In this document: in pieces, positions 11,117 to 25,087 of the stretch | Layout: each line of letters opens with the position of its first letter | How positions within the stretch are numbered: position 1 is the first letter of the stretch | Source: Chrysomallon squamiferum | Taxonomy: Eukaryota > Animalia > Mollusca | Direction of reading: 5' to 3' | Assembly: GCA_012295275.1 (NCBI GenBank) | Contig: CM022678.1 | Coordinates: 5,146,001-5,210,000, forward strand | DNA: 64,000 nt | Position numbers and translations under genes: made by a program | Notes under the pieces: model-generated | Database searches by the model: none | What the model was told of the DNA's origin: nothing | What the model saw: the letters and a program-made list of their open reading frames with translations, nothing else

Positions 11117-11885
11117 ATGAAGCCTGTTTCAAATCTACCATTCTTAGCGAAACTTCTCCTACTTATACTCACAACCGAGATTACAATTGCAGAGCAATGT
11201 GGTAAGAATATCATGATTTGTTTTCTTGCTTTCTCACTTTAATATTTACTATACTTCTCTATTGTTTAGCTCTAATTTGTATAAAACAATCTTAGAGATG
11301 GGTCGCCTGTTTCATATGGTGATGTTGGGAAGGAGAAAAAATAAAGGGTAAAAACTAACAAAGGTTCTGATATTTCTGATATTTGTATTTCCTACATTTA
11401 AAGAGTAAAGATATACACTGTGATATTTCTGTATATGAAACAGTCGTAGGTAATAGCATTTTCGGCAGATTGAAAGGTCGTTGCTGTTGATCGAGTATGG
11501 AAGCATACGCATAATTCGTAAACTACTAAACAGTACCTTCCACAAACCGAAGAATTAGCTATCGAAGTTCTTATCTCAGAAAAAAACACAAAAACAACTA
11601 ATAATCGATAAATACAAATAAAAATAACGTTGCTATTCTCAAAAAGTTTGAAGACTGAAATACGGCATTCAGATAGTTTGTAATAGTATTATCTTACTGT
11701 CCTACTTTCTCATTAGCGACGACAGATTCCACCAAATAAAAATATAATAACTTGAAATTATAGAAAAAAGATTGTATTACATCATCTGTAGGCCCAAGTT
11801 TCGATTTCTCTGAGGATGTTTTGCCCTGCATCAAACTGCGCCCAGATTGTTATGTTAGCTGATGATTTTTACCTTGCAGGGTGAC
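11117..11885 (+). pseudogene. Paralog A2: promoter, exon 1 and signal exon (11117-11201) retained; mature-protein exon absent
   Basis: Encodes MKPVSNLPFLAKLLLLILTTEITIAEQC with donor G|GTAAG at 11201/11202. The intron 3' end (11770-11879) is homologous to that of A1 up to TTGCAG. Unrelated sequence follows, giving GGG TGA. Confidence 0.8.
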
Positions 11886-11945
11886 GCTCTCTTTCTATCC
11901 AGATCAGACGTTTCTTTCTCGATCAGCATTCAAGTACGCAGGGAG

Positions 11946-13522
11946 GTGTCTCCGTGTGTGTGTTTGTGTGTGTTTGATAGTCCTGTATGCTGCTTCATAC
12001 GATTCTGCTCTCAGAAATATATGATCAAGTATAAGCTGTATTTCCGTCATTGTATGAGCGTATGAGAAATTTTTCAAAATTGCACTAACATGATAAACTT
12101 ATTAACTATCCAACGAATATTGAAAACGTTACTCATTGTTACAGATTCTATTGTAGAACAACAAACTGGCGCTAATCAGTGAACTTTTTAGTTCAAAAAT
12201 ATTTCTTGATAATGTTACCAATTTTCGTGTCTTTGTTTCTTTCTTATTGTCAAGAAAAACATTTCAGTTATGTCTACGTTTTCATGGCAGTGTCTGTCTT
12301 GTTTCATTCCTTGCAAATGTTCGATGATACGAGACCTTGGTTTCAATACTGAAGTAAAATGGAACAATTCAATTACCTGATAGCAGAGAGAACACACGTC
12401 TGACATTTACATATCACCCAATTTTAACATTTAACCTAACAATTATTTCCTTAATCCTGGTTTATGTTAAAATATGTTTAGCTACAGACAAAAGGAATAA
12501 ACAATATAGGTATCACTTAATTGTCTTTTTAAGATAAATAATTACAAATTACAACGGAAAGTCCTTACACAAGAGACATAAATATTAGCAACAGTTATAA
12601 TTATAGTAGTAACAATTGTAGTAGTGGTGGTAGTTGTAATGTTTGTATACGTTGTAGCAGCAGAGGTAGCAGTTCTCGCGAAAGTAGTAGTAGTAGGATT
12701 AGTGGCAATAGCAGCAGGGATGGTAGTGACAGTAGTAATAGTAATAGCAACAGCCTTTCTATCAGTAACGACTAATAGATAAATAAAAAGGGAAAATGGC
12801 TGCCGATACTGAACTAGGTGGGTTTCTAAAACAAAGAACGGATTCAGAATTAAACAAACACCATAATCTCTCTTTATAGTCACGGAGCCAATTTAATCTG
12901 GTATGATCTTTATAAACACAGTTAATACCAAATACTGGAATAAAAGTAATTTACAATAAACGACCACTAGTCAGGATCCATATTGGTTTACAGGGTGAAC
13001 ATCTGATTTAAAGAAGACCATGCTCATACATATGCGTACACACTTTAAAGACCCTTCATTAATACCATGCTAACAACTTTATTTAATTCATAAGCACACC
13101 TTCCGAGACAATCTAACCCCTGACTAAGTCAAAACACACCAGCCAATGTAGGAACGGATCATGGTATCAATATTCCACTATTTTCAGATTAAAAGTGTAC
13201 CATTGCATACATAAATGGTAACAAAGTTCTCTAAACGTCCACGGTCTGTCACTGGATAAAGTTAAAACGTACCCAAGCAATGAAGCTGTGGCTCATCATC
13301 AGGTCATACCACCAACGTATTATTACCAGCTTAAAAAGCGTACCTCTGGATATATAAATGGCAACACAAAGTTATCTATATATCCAAGTTAATGTTGTAT
13401 TGTTTTTGTGTACCTATCACTGCCTATTACAAAGCAAAAGAATGACAAATTATTCCAGTAAAATATTCTAACGCAGCTATCGTAACCCTTCACAACTGTG
13501 TATGTAAGTATGTATGTATGTA

Positions 13523-13566
<44 letters not shown>

Positions 13567-14440
13567 AACAATATATGCAAATGTTTTCTTCGTGTACGAG
13601 AGTCTGCGTGTGTGGCTCAGATTAAGAGTGACTGAAATTTAATCAGGAACAAGAAAAGAACAAATAACAAATTTGTACCAGACTATCATTCAGTGAACGT
13701 CTTTTGTGCAACTAAAGAGAATGCGAATTAATTATATAATTTGATAGCTGTCAGCTGACGTAATACTAACAATTTAAATTCTAACTATAATGTCGAAGAG
13801 TCCGACGAAAAGTAATTGAATAGCAATTAAAATATTGAAAATAAATATTTTGTATTTTATTTTATTAATACTTTCATCAGCTTGTGAGCCGTTTTCAAAG
13901 TTAATAGTTGACAAACCAGTTGACAGCTTGCTTTACAGAGAAGTGTCCTTCGTCTATTTCCTTCCCTACACGAATCTGAGAGATGTCGACATTTCCTTGT
14001 GTGGTGACGATCATGAAACGCCAGAAAGGTTCATCTTTGATCTTGAATTCAGCAGACCCGACTGGTTCAGTACTGACACTCTGACCTAACTCGGCAGAAA
14101 CTTCTCCAGAAGGACCTAGCCGAAGACTGTCTGCCTTGAACACCAACCATCCTTTTTCCACACAGTGATTAGAACTGCCGTGACTTCCAGCCGATCCGCG
14201 GTGTCTGCCCCACCAAGAATGACCGCCTGTCTCCCACCAGCCAACATGCCTTTTACTTGGGCTGTTTGCATTGACGTTGTCATAGACTACCTGCAGCGCC
14301 ACTCGAACCTGAGCTCCATTTTGTATTGCTTTCTTCAACTCGACCTTCGATCCAAATATTACTTCACCATTTTTGCTGGTTGATAAAATCTTCGTCCATG
14401 GTCGCGTGTCCACAAACCAGCTGATTGTTTTCTTTTCCGT
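11946..14440. repeat. Left arm of a ~2.5 kb inverted repeat (partner ~22630-25087)
   Basis: Covers the 3' part of the B1 CDS and its 3' flank. It is a near-identical reverse complement of the C1 3' part and flank. Confidence 0.9.
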
Positions 14441-15762
14441 TGTTTGATCAACAAAAGTACCGTCAAAGAACGTAAGTTTTAGCATGTTAACTGTCCCAGT
14501 TGTGTGCGCTATCTGACAGAGCCTAATCATTTCTTTTTCTACTTTATTATCAACATTCTGATAAATACGATTCAGGACTTGTACGGAGATATGTCCGGAC
14601 TTCGTCCTTACGTTATTTGCCTCTGTGGAATAGTTTCCCATAACAATCTTCACTCTGTGTCCACTCTGAACTGCAGAAACAAGTTCAGACAGAGACCCAT
14701 CTTTTTCTTTTCCATCTTCGTCGTGCGTTAATACGTGTCGCCAGCAAGAGTCCGCATACCAATTTGTTTGATATGTACTAGTTTCGTTCTCTAATGATTT
14801 CAAATTCTTAAAGAAATAAAAAGAGTTATTAAACTGTTGAGCGTATATGTCTGTGGTATACCAAACTGGTTTAAAAGGAAGGAAGAAATATAGAGGGCTA
14901 GGAAAAACTGACTGGTGACCTAAAATATCTTCATCCGTGGTAATTTCGGTGGCATACATATTGAACGAGAAGGCCTCAGAAGAAACTGAAATGTCATGAC
15001 CGTTTAGCACAGAGTCAGTAATCGCCGTTTTGCTTTCCTTTATTGCTTCTTCGGTAAACTCGGTAGGAGAAAGAAGCAGGCGACATGGGGACTTCTTTGT
15101 AAACCATTGGATTCCCTCAGTAGAGCCGTTCGTATGTATCCATTCGTTCGTGTCCACTTTGTAATACTGATCCACATAAAATCCCCTCGTGGAAACTAGG
15201 AAGAAGCGAAAATAGATATCGTCTGCAAAAGTATTCCAGAAGTTGTTATGCACATATGTGCGCGAGGCTGAAAAAATGTCTCCATGAGAATTGAAATAAT
15301 ACGCTGTATCTCCAGTGTAGCCTTCAGTGGCCCAAGATGGAATCAGAAACCTAATTGGATAACTGTTAGACACAGCAAGCACAAGATCATCCAGTGATCC
15401 GCTAACTGCATTACCTTTGTCGTCGTTCTCGTAGATCTTGTACCATGGACTGTCACATGTGTCTGAAAAATGAAATTACTTCTAACGTATTTTTAACTGA
15501 GTTAGGTATATTGTGTGTGTATGTTTTAGGGTCAATCTCTATGAAATTTAAGAAAACCGATTATTTGATATCGAGTTAAATCGCTTTAAGTGTACAGCAT
15601 ATTGCAAACAACCATTAAAAAATTGCAATAGAGAACTTAAGAGTAAATAAACCGGCAGATATACATACCACATGTAGCTGGAATAGTTGCAGTCGTTGGT
15701 ACAACAGCAATAATAAATATCACATAGAGCAAGAGGACTGTAGTAGAAAACATCTCCATCAT
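13901..15762 (-). CDS. Paralog B1: intact predicted secreted four-repeat protein, ~551 aa; coding exons 15762-15669 and 15462-13901
   Basis: Signal exon MMEMFSTTVLLLYVIFIIAVVPTTATIPATC with donor G|GTATGT. Acceptor TTTTTCAG|AC is in frame with the 493-aa ORF and extends it with DTCDSPWYKIYENDDKGNAVSGSLDDL. Confidence 0.9.
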
Positions 15763-16115
15763 ATGAAAATGGAACTGATAAAATAGCACAACTGATTACT
15801 CAACTACAATGAATAAAACTTACAAGCATGAATTAAAAGCATATATATATAAAGGTTACATTTATGGACAAGCGTAATATTCTTATACCATTTAGATTTT
15901 TGTTTATTTTAATGTTTGTTTGCTTACACTAAAACAGCGTAGAAAACGACGAATTCACAGATGTGCCTCTTGATCTAGAATGAGTTTTACTAGAAATTAT
16001 TGTATGGAGTATCAACAGTATTATACACATACGCATGTAGTTACAAACACACACACATGCAAACACAAAACAAACACATAAATAATGTCTTAGATCTGAA
16101 CAAAATGAGACGTAC

Positions 16116-16241
16116 CTGTCGAGTGTGCAGACGATTATCTTCCTATGTGACAAATGTATTCACTGTATTCTATTTATAAAAAATATTTAAATCAGATTGA
16201 AATTTGTTTTTGTTAGAAATCACAGCCTGTAGTCGGAACAT
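16116..16241 (-). promoter_or_regulatory. Promoter box, TATA and non-coding exon 1 of B1
   Basis: Minus strand reads ATGTTCCGACTACAGGCTGTGATTT, then TATAAATA (~16178-16171), then donor CAG|GTACGT at 16116/16115. Confidence 0.75.
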
Positions 16242-16941
16242 GTGGTTATCTGTAATCTTACAATAACATTGACAAGCTATTTTTTTCGGTTTAGAAAACA
16301 ATGACAGGTGCTGTTTGTGCCACACGATCGTTTCATTTAAATCTTTGTTTTGATGTATATTTGTATCTGATTCTGGTCATGTCTTTTTAAAACACCGGTG
16401 GCTGAAACCTGATTAAATTTTGAATTGATTACAGATTTCTTTTTCATACATCAAGCTGTGAATGAACGTGTTGCTGGCATTCGTCCGACGTTTGATAAAC
16501 ATTTATTGAAATTAATTTTATCAGTATATACAATCAAGAAATGTATTTACTTTCTCTTCTATAGTCTGTACCACATGGATTTAAAATCAAATAAAATAAT
16601 TTCTGTAGTTTAATTTTGTTTTTCTTATTTTCCCAAAACACTACAAGACGCGTTTTGTAAAAGGCTTTCCATGAAACAGATGCTAATTTAATTTCTTTCA
16701 CGACAGTATATTAAGATCAATTTAAATTTCAATAAGATATTGTTTTATTCGAATAGATAACAATATTTTAGGATGGAGTGAATCGACATTAAGTTAAAAC
16801 TGTTTTTATATCACTCAAAATCCCCGAAACAATGTAGACAGTACTCGAGGTTGGCCGAATCCAGTATGTTCTGTATATTTGGACTCTCATTTTAATTGGT
16901 TGAATAAATGCAGCTTGATGGGCGTGAAATTGTGAGCTGTT

Positions 16942-17059
<118 letters not shown>

Positions 17060-17792
17060 CACAACGGAACGCCATCAAATGTGTTGGATGTTTTGGGAGA
17101 TAAACGAAAACATATTGTCTATACATTTTTAGAAAGGAAAAAAAAATGTACCACTAGTAAAAAAAAAACAAAAAAAAAAAAAAAAAAAAAAAAAAAACAC
17201 ACAGACCAAAAAAACAAAACACTGGCCCAAATTTTTAAATATTTGAAATATATATGGGTTTTTGGTGGGTTTTTTTTCTTTATATATATATTTTTCTTTT
17301 TTTTTTTTTTTTTTTTTCTTTATGAAAACTGAGTTCGGTTTTAGATAGTAAATACAGTATACCCTTCTTGTACATATATATGTATGTTCTTGTGTGCGTG
17401 CATATATGCCGTCGTCTGTGTCTGTCTCTGTATTTTGTCTCTGAGCGTGTGTGCTCGCGTGTGTCCGTGCGTGTATGTGTGTCTGGATTTATGTTTCATG
17501 TACGTATATGGTTTCATGTACTTTTGCGTATGTGTGTGTGTGTTCTGTGTATGGGTAAGGAGATACAATATTTTTATCTTTCAGCGGTTTCATTTGGATT
17601 TCTAAAGGGCGTGACTGGCTTTAATGGAACTGGTTTCAGTGGTAATGGTAGTTGCTATGGAAGCAGTAGCTATACTAGCCATAGCAGTAGTAGTAGTAGT
17701 AGTAGTTGTTGTTGTTGTTGTTGTTGTAGTACTAGTAGTAGTATTGGCATGATAGTAAATATATGTATGAAAATATAGATTTGCGAGTGTGC

Positions 17793-17823
<31 letters not shown>

Positions 17824-17859
17824 CGTCTGCTCGTCTACACAGAAACATACGAATTAATC

Positions 17860-18095
17860 ATGTGTCCTTCTCTACACGTCTCAGAGAAATGTTGAGGCAA
17901 GAAAGTTTCTTTTTCGATCTGGAATTCAGCAGACCCTACTTCATCAGCGGTGAAATTCTCAGCACCATCTGCAGGAACTTCTCCAAAACACAAACCGTCT
18001 TTTCTCCACACACACATCAGAACTGCCATGACGTGCAGTCCACTCGCAGTGTCTGCCCGACCAAGAATGACCGCCTGTCTCCCACCAACCAATAT
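17860..18095 (-). pseudogene. Degenerate C-terminal relic of a B-type gene
   Basis: Minus strand gives GWWETGGHSW.GRH...HGSSDVCVEK and, after a deletion or frameshift, DEVGSAEFQIEK...EGH. Confidence 0.8.
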
Positions 18096-19769
18096 CCTGA
18101 CGTGTTTTTCTTTTTTTCCTTATCCACTTTCATCTAGAAACATTTAACATAACTTCTTTACATATAGTTACTGATCATTTCAGAAATCACTTTTGCTCGG
18201 GAACTGTAGCCAACTTCAGACAAATTTCACGCCTATCAAGCTGGATTTTGATCCAATCGATGACAAGCTCGAAGTATAGAATACAGACTGGACACGCCCA
18301 CTCTTGGTCAGTGCTGTTCAGTCTTTGTATGTTAAGTTCAGTTCGTACGTTCCTAAAATATTCAGTATCCATGAGCCAGATGTTTGATCTATTTCGATAA
18401 AACTATAACCGATTGAAAACTAAATTTATTGGAATATACGTTCGCGAAAGAAATTAAACTGACATCTGTTATGGGCTTGGTGGTGAATCCGGTTTAAAAA
18501 GGCCACGTTTACAGCCTTGAAGAAAAACAAAAATGGAAGTATGAAACCAATTGAACTGTAGAAATTATTTCGATTCATTTTGAACTAGGTAAATGGTATA
18601 GCCTACAATACAAATTAAATAATAAATACAAATTTAAAAAAGTAAATAAATAAATAAATTATAATTGTATATATTGATAACATTAATTTCAAAAGAATTT
18701 TATCAAACAAAAATCAGAACAGCGCGAGCAACACGTGCTTCATTCATCAAACACTCCTCGATGTATTGAAAGCAAATCTGTCATCAAATCAATATTTAAC
18801 CAAGTTTTCTACCACCCGTGTCGTTTAAAACGTTTGATGTTTCTTCAACCCTGACTAGAATCAATCACATATATCAACTTAAAAAAAAAAAAGAAAAAAA
18901 AAAAGGAAGAAATTAAACAAACATCTGTGACAAATAAGACAAGTTTATCGCTTTCGTTTTGCAGTGTCAGTATTCGACTATACAGTCCACCCACTTTTTA
19001 TTAATTTTGTTTTTATTTCAATAAACTATACTTCTCAGAAAGCATTTAAAATGTTTTCAGCTAGCGTGGGACAGGTGAAAGAATCACTGGTATCTTCTTC
19101 TCGTTGTTATTAGAATATTAAAATTTCGACCAATTAATTTAAAGAAAAAAAAAACGCCATTAATTATGGAGAATTAATTTCTGGAAATACAAATATTGAA
19201 TTTTTTGTTTTTTTCTTGTATCGATTCAGAAGTGGACATCCCAGAGTCAAGCCCAATTGCAATAATGCATATATATATATATAAAGAAGTGTTTATGGAT
19301 AGATTCTTGCTAGTGTTTAGTGAATCTACTAAATACACACACGTACACACAACATATTTCTGTGGTAATGCACCATCTAATTCTCCTCTGAAAATGTATG
19401 TTATAAATACCATATTCCCAAAAGGAAGGGCGGATTGCTTTAAAATGTATGAAAACATGAATTATTGAATTATTCTATCACCAATACACAATTAATTTAA
19501 AAATATATTTTACTTGAAAACTTTGCCTTTGGGATCATCGATTCCGTTATTAATTAACTAAGTTTGTTACTGCATTTATGACTTATACAGTTAGCAAACA
19601 GAAGTATGGAAATATATTAATCTTGCCATTTTATATTGCTTTCAAACTTTATTACTATGAAAGTTTGACAATACATTTAAAACATACAACATTAGTTTAG
19701 TTCTGTTTATTGGTTTCTAAATCGAACAAATAGAAATTTCAACGTTATTGTAAGATTAGAGATAACCAA

Positions 19770-19899
19770 ATGTTCCGACTACAAGCTGTGATTTCTAATA
19801 AAAACTAATTTCAAAATCATTTGGATTTTAATAAATTGAACACATTCAGTAAACTTGTCACTATTGAAGAGAATCGCAGACATACTGAACACGTCAAAG
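19770..19899 (+). promoter_or_regulatory. Promoter box and non-coding exon 1 of C1
   Basis: ATGTTCCGACTACAAGCTGTGATTTC, TAATAAATT at the TATA position, and donor AAG|GTACGT at 19899/19900. Confidence 0.7.
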
Positions 19900-20357
19900 G
19901 TACGTCTAGTTATATCTCGTTTTGTTCAGATGTAAGACATTATTTATATGAAATATTCTCCTGTTTATCCAATTTTTTTGGTGTTTTTTTACAAAACTGA
20001 TTATAAATAATGACTGTCTCAGACACACGCACGCACATGTTGAGAGAGAGATTAGCAATTTCAGTTTTGAATATATATTTGATAGTCAAGTTTAAAAATG
20101 GATGATATTTATTGCAAAAATGTATAACCTACAACACTGATCGGGTTTATTTTGCAAATATCCATTTTTTGCTGTATCAGATTAGAACAACATCGTAACA
20201 GTGAAAATAGAAAACTAAGGAAAACTTGTTTCTAAACAATAGAGAATTCAGTACATTAATTACTGTTAAAACTCGTTCGAGCTCAAAAGTTGCATCAGTG
20301 TGTTTGTCGTTTTCTGTGCTATTTTGGTCGAAATTGCAATGAAACAGTTTTCTGTTC

Positions 20358-20388
<31 letters not shown>

Positions 20389-20811
20389 TAAAAGTCTATC
20401 ACCAATTTACCCTGTCATCGACCATCTGTAGATCCCTCCGAACCCGGTGAACATGTCACCGACGTCAGGGTCTGTCTATACAGTCAACTTTGTTTAAAAT
20501 AAACATTGTAGTCAGTTAGCACTAATGTTATTCGTTAATGAAACATAAACTTGTGTTGCAGGGATAACAATTTTATTCTAAAGCATTGTAAGTTTATACA
20601 ATATACTCGCTCAATTCCATTATTACTTATCAATTGTTCAATAAATAAAGGAAGAAATAAATAAATACAAACATAAATAGTATAAAAGTATTACGCTTGT
20701 CCATAAATGCTACCTTTATATACATCATGTTAATTCATCTTTCTAAGTAATAGTCATTATATCTGAATAATCACTTGTATTGTTTTTCAGTTGCAGTTTC
20801 AGAAGGTGGAG

Positions 20812-21023
20812 ATGTTTTCTACTACACTCTTACACTATGTGCTATTTGTTATTACTGTTGTACCGAGGACTGGAACTATTCGAGCTACATGTGGTATGTA
20901 CATGCATTAATTTGTTCTCAAATTCTCTTCAGTAAGATTTTCAAATCAGCTTTTAGCATGTTTAGTTTGTATAAATATTTCACTCATAAAGAAAATAATC
21001 TTTTAAAAAAAAACAATTTTTAA

Positions 21024-21104
<81 letters not shown>

Positions 21105-23172
21105 TTTATTTATTAATTTATTCATTTATTCATTTATTTTATTTTATTTTATTTTATATCTTTATCATCATGTTCCCGTTATTTCCACACCGAAGAACGA
21201 TATCCAGATGTTAGCTAGGCAAAACAGAATATAAACTACTTCACTATACTGATTAACTGTTTGGAATAATTTTGTTAATAAAGTTTCTATATACTAAATG
21301 TATATAAGGATTTTAGCATAAGTAATATCTAGAGCCATTTAAGTGAAAATTTAATGACACTTTATAACATGATGTGTTAAATATATATCATATACTACAG
21401 AAAGAAAATCTCAGAATATTTTCATAAAATATCGACAAAGCCTTTCCCTAGTTCAAGATTCATATAAGCTGTTATTCCCTCACCTCCCCCAAAAGAGAAA
21501 AAATTAAAATAGTGATATCATCCTGTCAAAACAGACTGAATGTAAACTATTTGATTTTACACATTAATTGTTAAACATTCAAAGACAGTAAACCTAACTC
21601 ACTTACAAATACATCACAAGCAATTTTATTTTCAGACACATGTGACAGTCGATGGTACAAGATTTACGAGAACGATGACAAAGGTAATACAATTAGCGGA
21701 TCGCTGGATGATCTTGCGCTCGCTGTGTATAACAGTAATCCAATTAGGTTTCTGATTCCATCGTGGGGCACTGAAGGCTACACTGGAGATGCATATTTTT
21801 GTTTCGCTAGAAAAGACAACATTTACGCAGTATCACCAACTCATATGTCTGACAATTTTTCGAACGCTTTTCCAGACGACCTGTATCTTCGCTTCTTTTT
21901 AGTTTCCACGAATGGATATTACGCGGAACAGTACTACAAAGTGGACACGAACGAATGGATACAGACGAACGGCTCTACTGAGGGAATCCAGTGGTTTACT
22001 AAAATTCTTCTTGTCGGCTCCAACTTTCTCCTAGCAATTTTACTGAAGAAGCAATAAAGGAAAGCAAAATGGCGCTTACTAACTCTGTCCTAAATGGTCA
22101 TGACATCACAGTTTATGACATGGGTTTCATATTCGAATTGTATGCAATAGAAATTACCACGGACGAAAAGATTGTAGGTTACAAGTCATTTTTTCCTGAC
22201 CCTGATTCTTTTTTCGGTTATTCTCAGCCACTTTGGCAATTTCACAACACTTCATATGTCTTTACCATTTTGTATCCTTTACAAAACTTAAATACGGAAG
22301 GATCAGCAGCATGGTATTCGGACTCATGCTGGCGACACGTATTTACCCATGACGAAAATGGAAACAAACAAGATGGGTCTCTTTCTGAACTAATTCTTGC
22401 CGTTCAAAGTGGAAACAGAGTGAAGATTGTCATGGGAAACTATTCCATAGAGGCAAATAACGTAAGGACGAAGTCCGGACATGTTTCCGTACAACTTCTG
22501 AATCGTATCTATCAGACTTTGAATAATCCAGGAGGCAAGGAATTGATTAGGCTCCTGCAGATGGCGCACACAACTGGGACGGTTAACACGCGAAATGTCC
22601 TGTTTGTTAACGGTACTTTTGTCGATGAAGCTACGGAAAAGAAAGCTATCAGCTGGTTTGTGGACACGCGATCGTGGACGAAGATTTTATCAACGAACAA
22701 AAATGGTGATCTAACATTTGGATCGAAAGTCGAGTTGAAGAAAGCAATACAAAATGGAGCTCAGGTTCGAGTGGCGCTGCAGGTAGTCTATGACAACGTC
22801 AATGCAAACAGCCCAAGTAAAAGACATGTTGGCTGGTGGGAGACAGGCGGTCATTCTTGGTGGGGCAGACACCGCGGATCGGCTGGAAGACACGGCAGTT
22901 CTAATCAGTGTGTGGAAAAAGGATGGTTGGTGTTCAAAGCAGTCGGCCTTGTGCTAGGTCCTTCTGGAGAAGTTTCTGCCGAGTTAGGTCAGAGTGTCAG
23001 TACTGAACCAGTCGGGTCTGCTGAATTCAAGATCAAAGATGAACCTTTCTGGCGTTTCAGGATCGTCACCACACAAGGAAATGTCGACATCTCTCAGATT
23101 CGTGTAGGGAAGGAAGCAGACGAAGGACACTTCTCTGTAAAACAAGCTGTCAACTGGTTTGTCAACTACTAA
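20812..23172 (+). pseudogene. Paralog C1: full-length gene with one -1 frameshift near 22003 (pseudogene or assembly error); coding exons 20812-20893 and 21636-23172
   Basis: Signal exon MFSTTLLHYVLFVITVVPRTGTIRATC with donor G|GTATGT; acceptor TTTTCAG|AC. ORFs 21725-22057 and 22069-23172 are consecutive parts of the family protein. ACTAAAATTCTTC versus ACTAAGAAGTCTTC in C2 shows one base missing. There is also a 24-nt in-frame deletion (YFVDISAE) relative to C2. Confidence 0.85.
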
Positions 23173-23504
23173 CTTTGAAAACGGCTCACAAGCTGATGAA
23201 AGTATTAATAAAATAAAATACAAAATATTTATTTTCAATATTTTAATTTTTATTCAATTACTTTTCGTCGGACTCTTCGACATTATAGTCAGAGTTAAAA
23301 TTGTTAGTACTACGTCAGCTGACAGAAAAGATGTTCACTGAATGATAGTCTGGTAAAAATTAGTTATTTGTTCTTTTTTTGTTCCTGATTAAATTTCAGT
23401 CACTCGTAATCTGAGCCACACACGCAGACTCTCGTAGACGAACAAAACACTTGTATTTATTGTCTATATATACACACATACATACATACACACACATACA
23501 TACA

Positions 23505-23538
<34 letters not shown>

Positions 23539-25087
23539 ACAGTTGTGAAGGGTTAAGATAGCTGCTTTAGAATATTTTACTGCAATATTTTGTCATTCTT
23601 TCACTTTGTAATAGGCAGTGTTAGGTCCACAAAAGCAACACAATATTAACTTGGATATATAGATAACTTTGTGTTGCCATTTATATATCCAGAGGTACAC
23701 TTTTTAAGCTGGTAATAATACGTTGGTGCTATGACCTGATGATGAGCCACAGCTTCATTGGTTGGGTACGTTTTAACTTCATCCAGTCATAGACCGTGGA
23801 CGTTTAGAGAACTTTGTTACCATTTATGTATGCAATGGTACACTTTTAATCTGAACATAGTGGAATATTGATACCATGATCCGTTCCTACATTGGCTGGT
23901 GTGTTTTCACTTAGTCCGGGGTTAGATTCTCTTGGAAGGTGTGCTTATGAATTAAATAAAGTTGTTAGCCTGATATTTATGAAGGGTTTTAAAGTGTGCA
24001 CGCAGATGTATGAGCATGATCTTCTTTCAAGACTGTGATCAGATTTCACCCTGTAAACCAATATGGATCCTGACTAGTGGTCGTTTATTGTAAATTACTT
24101 TTATTCCAGTATTTGGTATTATAAAGATCATACCAGATTAAATTGGCTGCGTGACTATAAATACAGATTATGGTATTTGTTTAATTCTGAATCCGTTCTT
24201 TGTTTTAGAAACCCACCTAGTTCAGTATCGGCAGCCATTTTCCCTTTTTATTTATCTATTAGTCGTTACTGATAGAAAGGCTGCTGCTATTACTTTTACT
24301 ACTGTCACTACCATCCCTGCTGCTATTACCACTAATCCTACTACTACTACTTTCGCGAGAACTGCTACCTCTGCTGCTACAACGTACACAAACATTACAA
24401 CTACCACCACTACTACAATTGCTACTACTATAACTATTAATGTTGCTAATATTTATGTCTCTCGTGTAAGGATTTTCCGTTGTAATTTGTAATTATTTAT
24501 CTTAAAAAAGAAAATTAAGTAATATGTATATTGTTTATTCCTTTTGTCTGTAGCTAAACATATTTAAACATAAACCAGGATTAAGGAAATAATTGTTAGG
24601 TTAGCTGTTAAAATTGGGTCATATGTAAATGTCAGACGTGTGTTCTCTCTGCTATCAGGTAATTGAATTGTTCCATTTTACTTCAGTATTGAAACCAAGG
24701 TCTCGTATCATCGAACATTTGCAAGGAATGAAACAAGACAGACACTGCCATGAAAACGTAGACATAACTGAAATGTTTTTCTTGACAATAAGAAAGAAAC
24801 AAAGAAACAAAAGTTGGTAACATTATCAAGAATATTTTTGAACTAAAAAGTTCACTGATTAGCGCCAGTTTGTTGTTCTACAATAGAATCTGTAACAATG
24901 AGTAACGTTTTCAATATTCGTTGGGCAGTTAATAAGTTTATCATGTTCGTGCAATTTTGAAACATTTCTCATACGCTCATACAATGATGGAAATACAGCT
25001 GATACTTGATCATGTATTTCAGAGAGCAGAATCGTATGAAGCAGCATACAGGACCATCAAACACACACAAACACACACACGGAGACA
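22630..25087. repeat. Right arm of the ~2.5 kb inverted repeat (partner 11946-14440)
   Basis: Reverse-complement near-identity; mirror ORFs at 12542-/24151+ and 12215-/24629+. Confidence 0.9.

Noticed and set aside
12542-12883. Thr-rich mucin-like 113-aa ORF, also at 24151-24492
   Set aside because: It is a degenerate (ACT)n tract with a non-ATG start, and it recurs only because it lies in the recent inverted repeat.
18187-18372. 61-65 aa ORF with CPVC, repeated at 48852-49049
   Set aside because: It is short with no splice or family support. The ATG is lost in the second copy, and the conservation is explained by the segmental duplication. It may be a transposon remnant.
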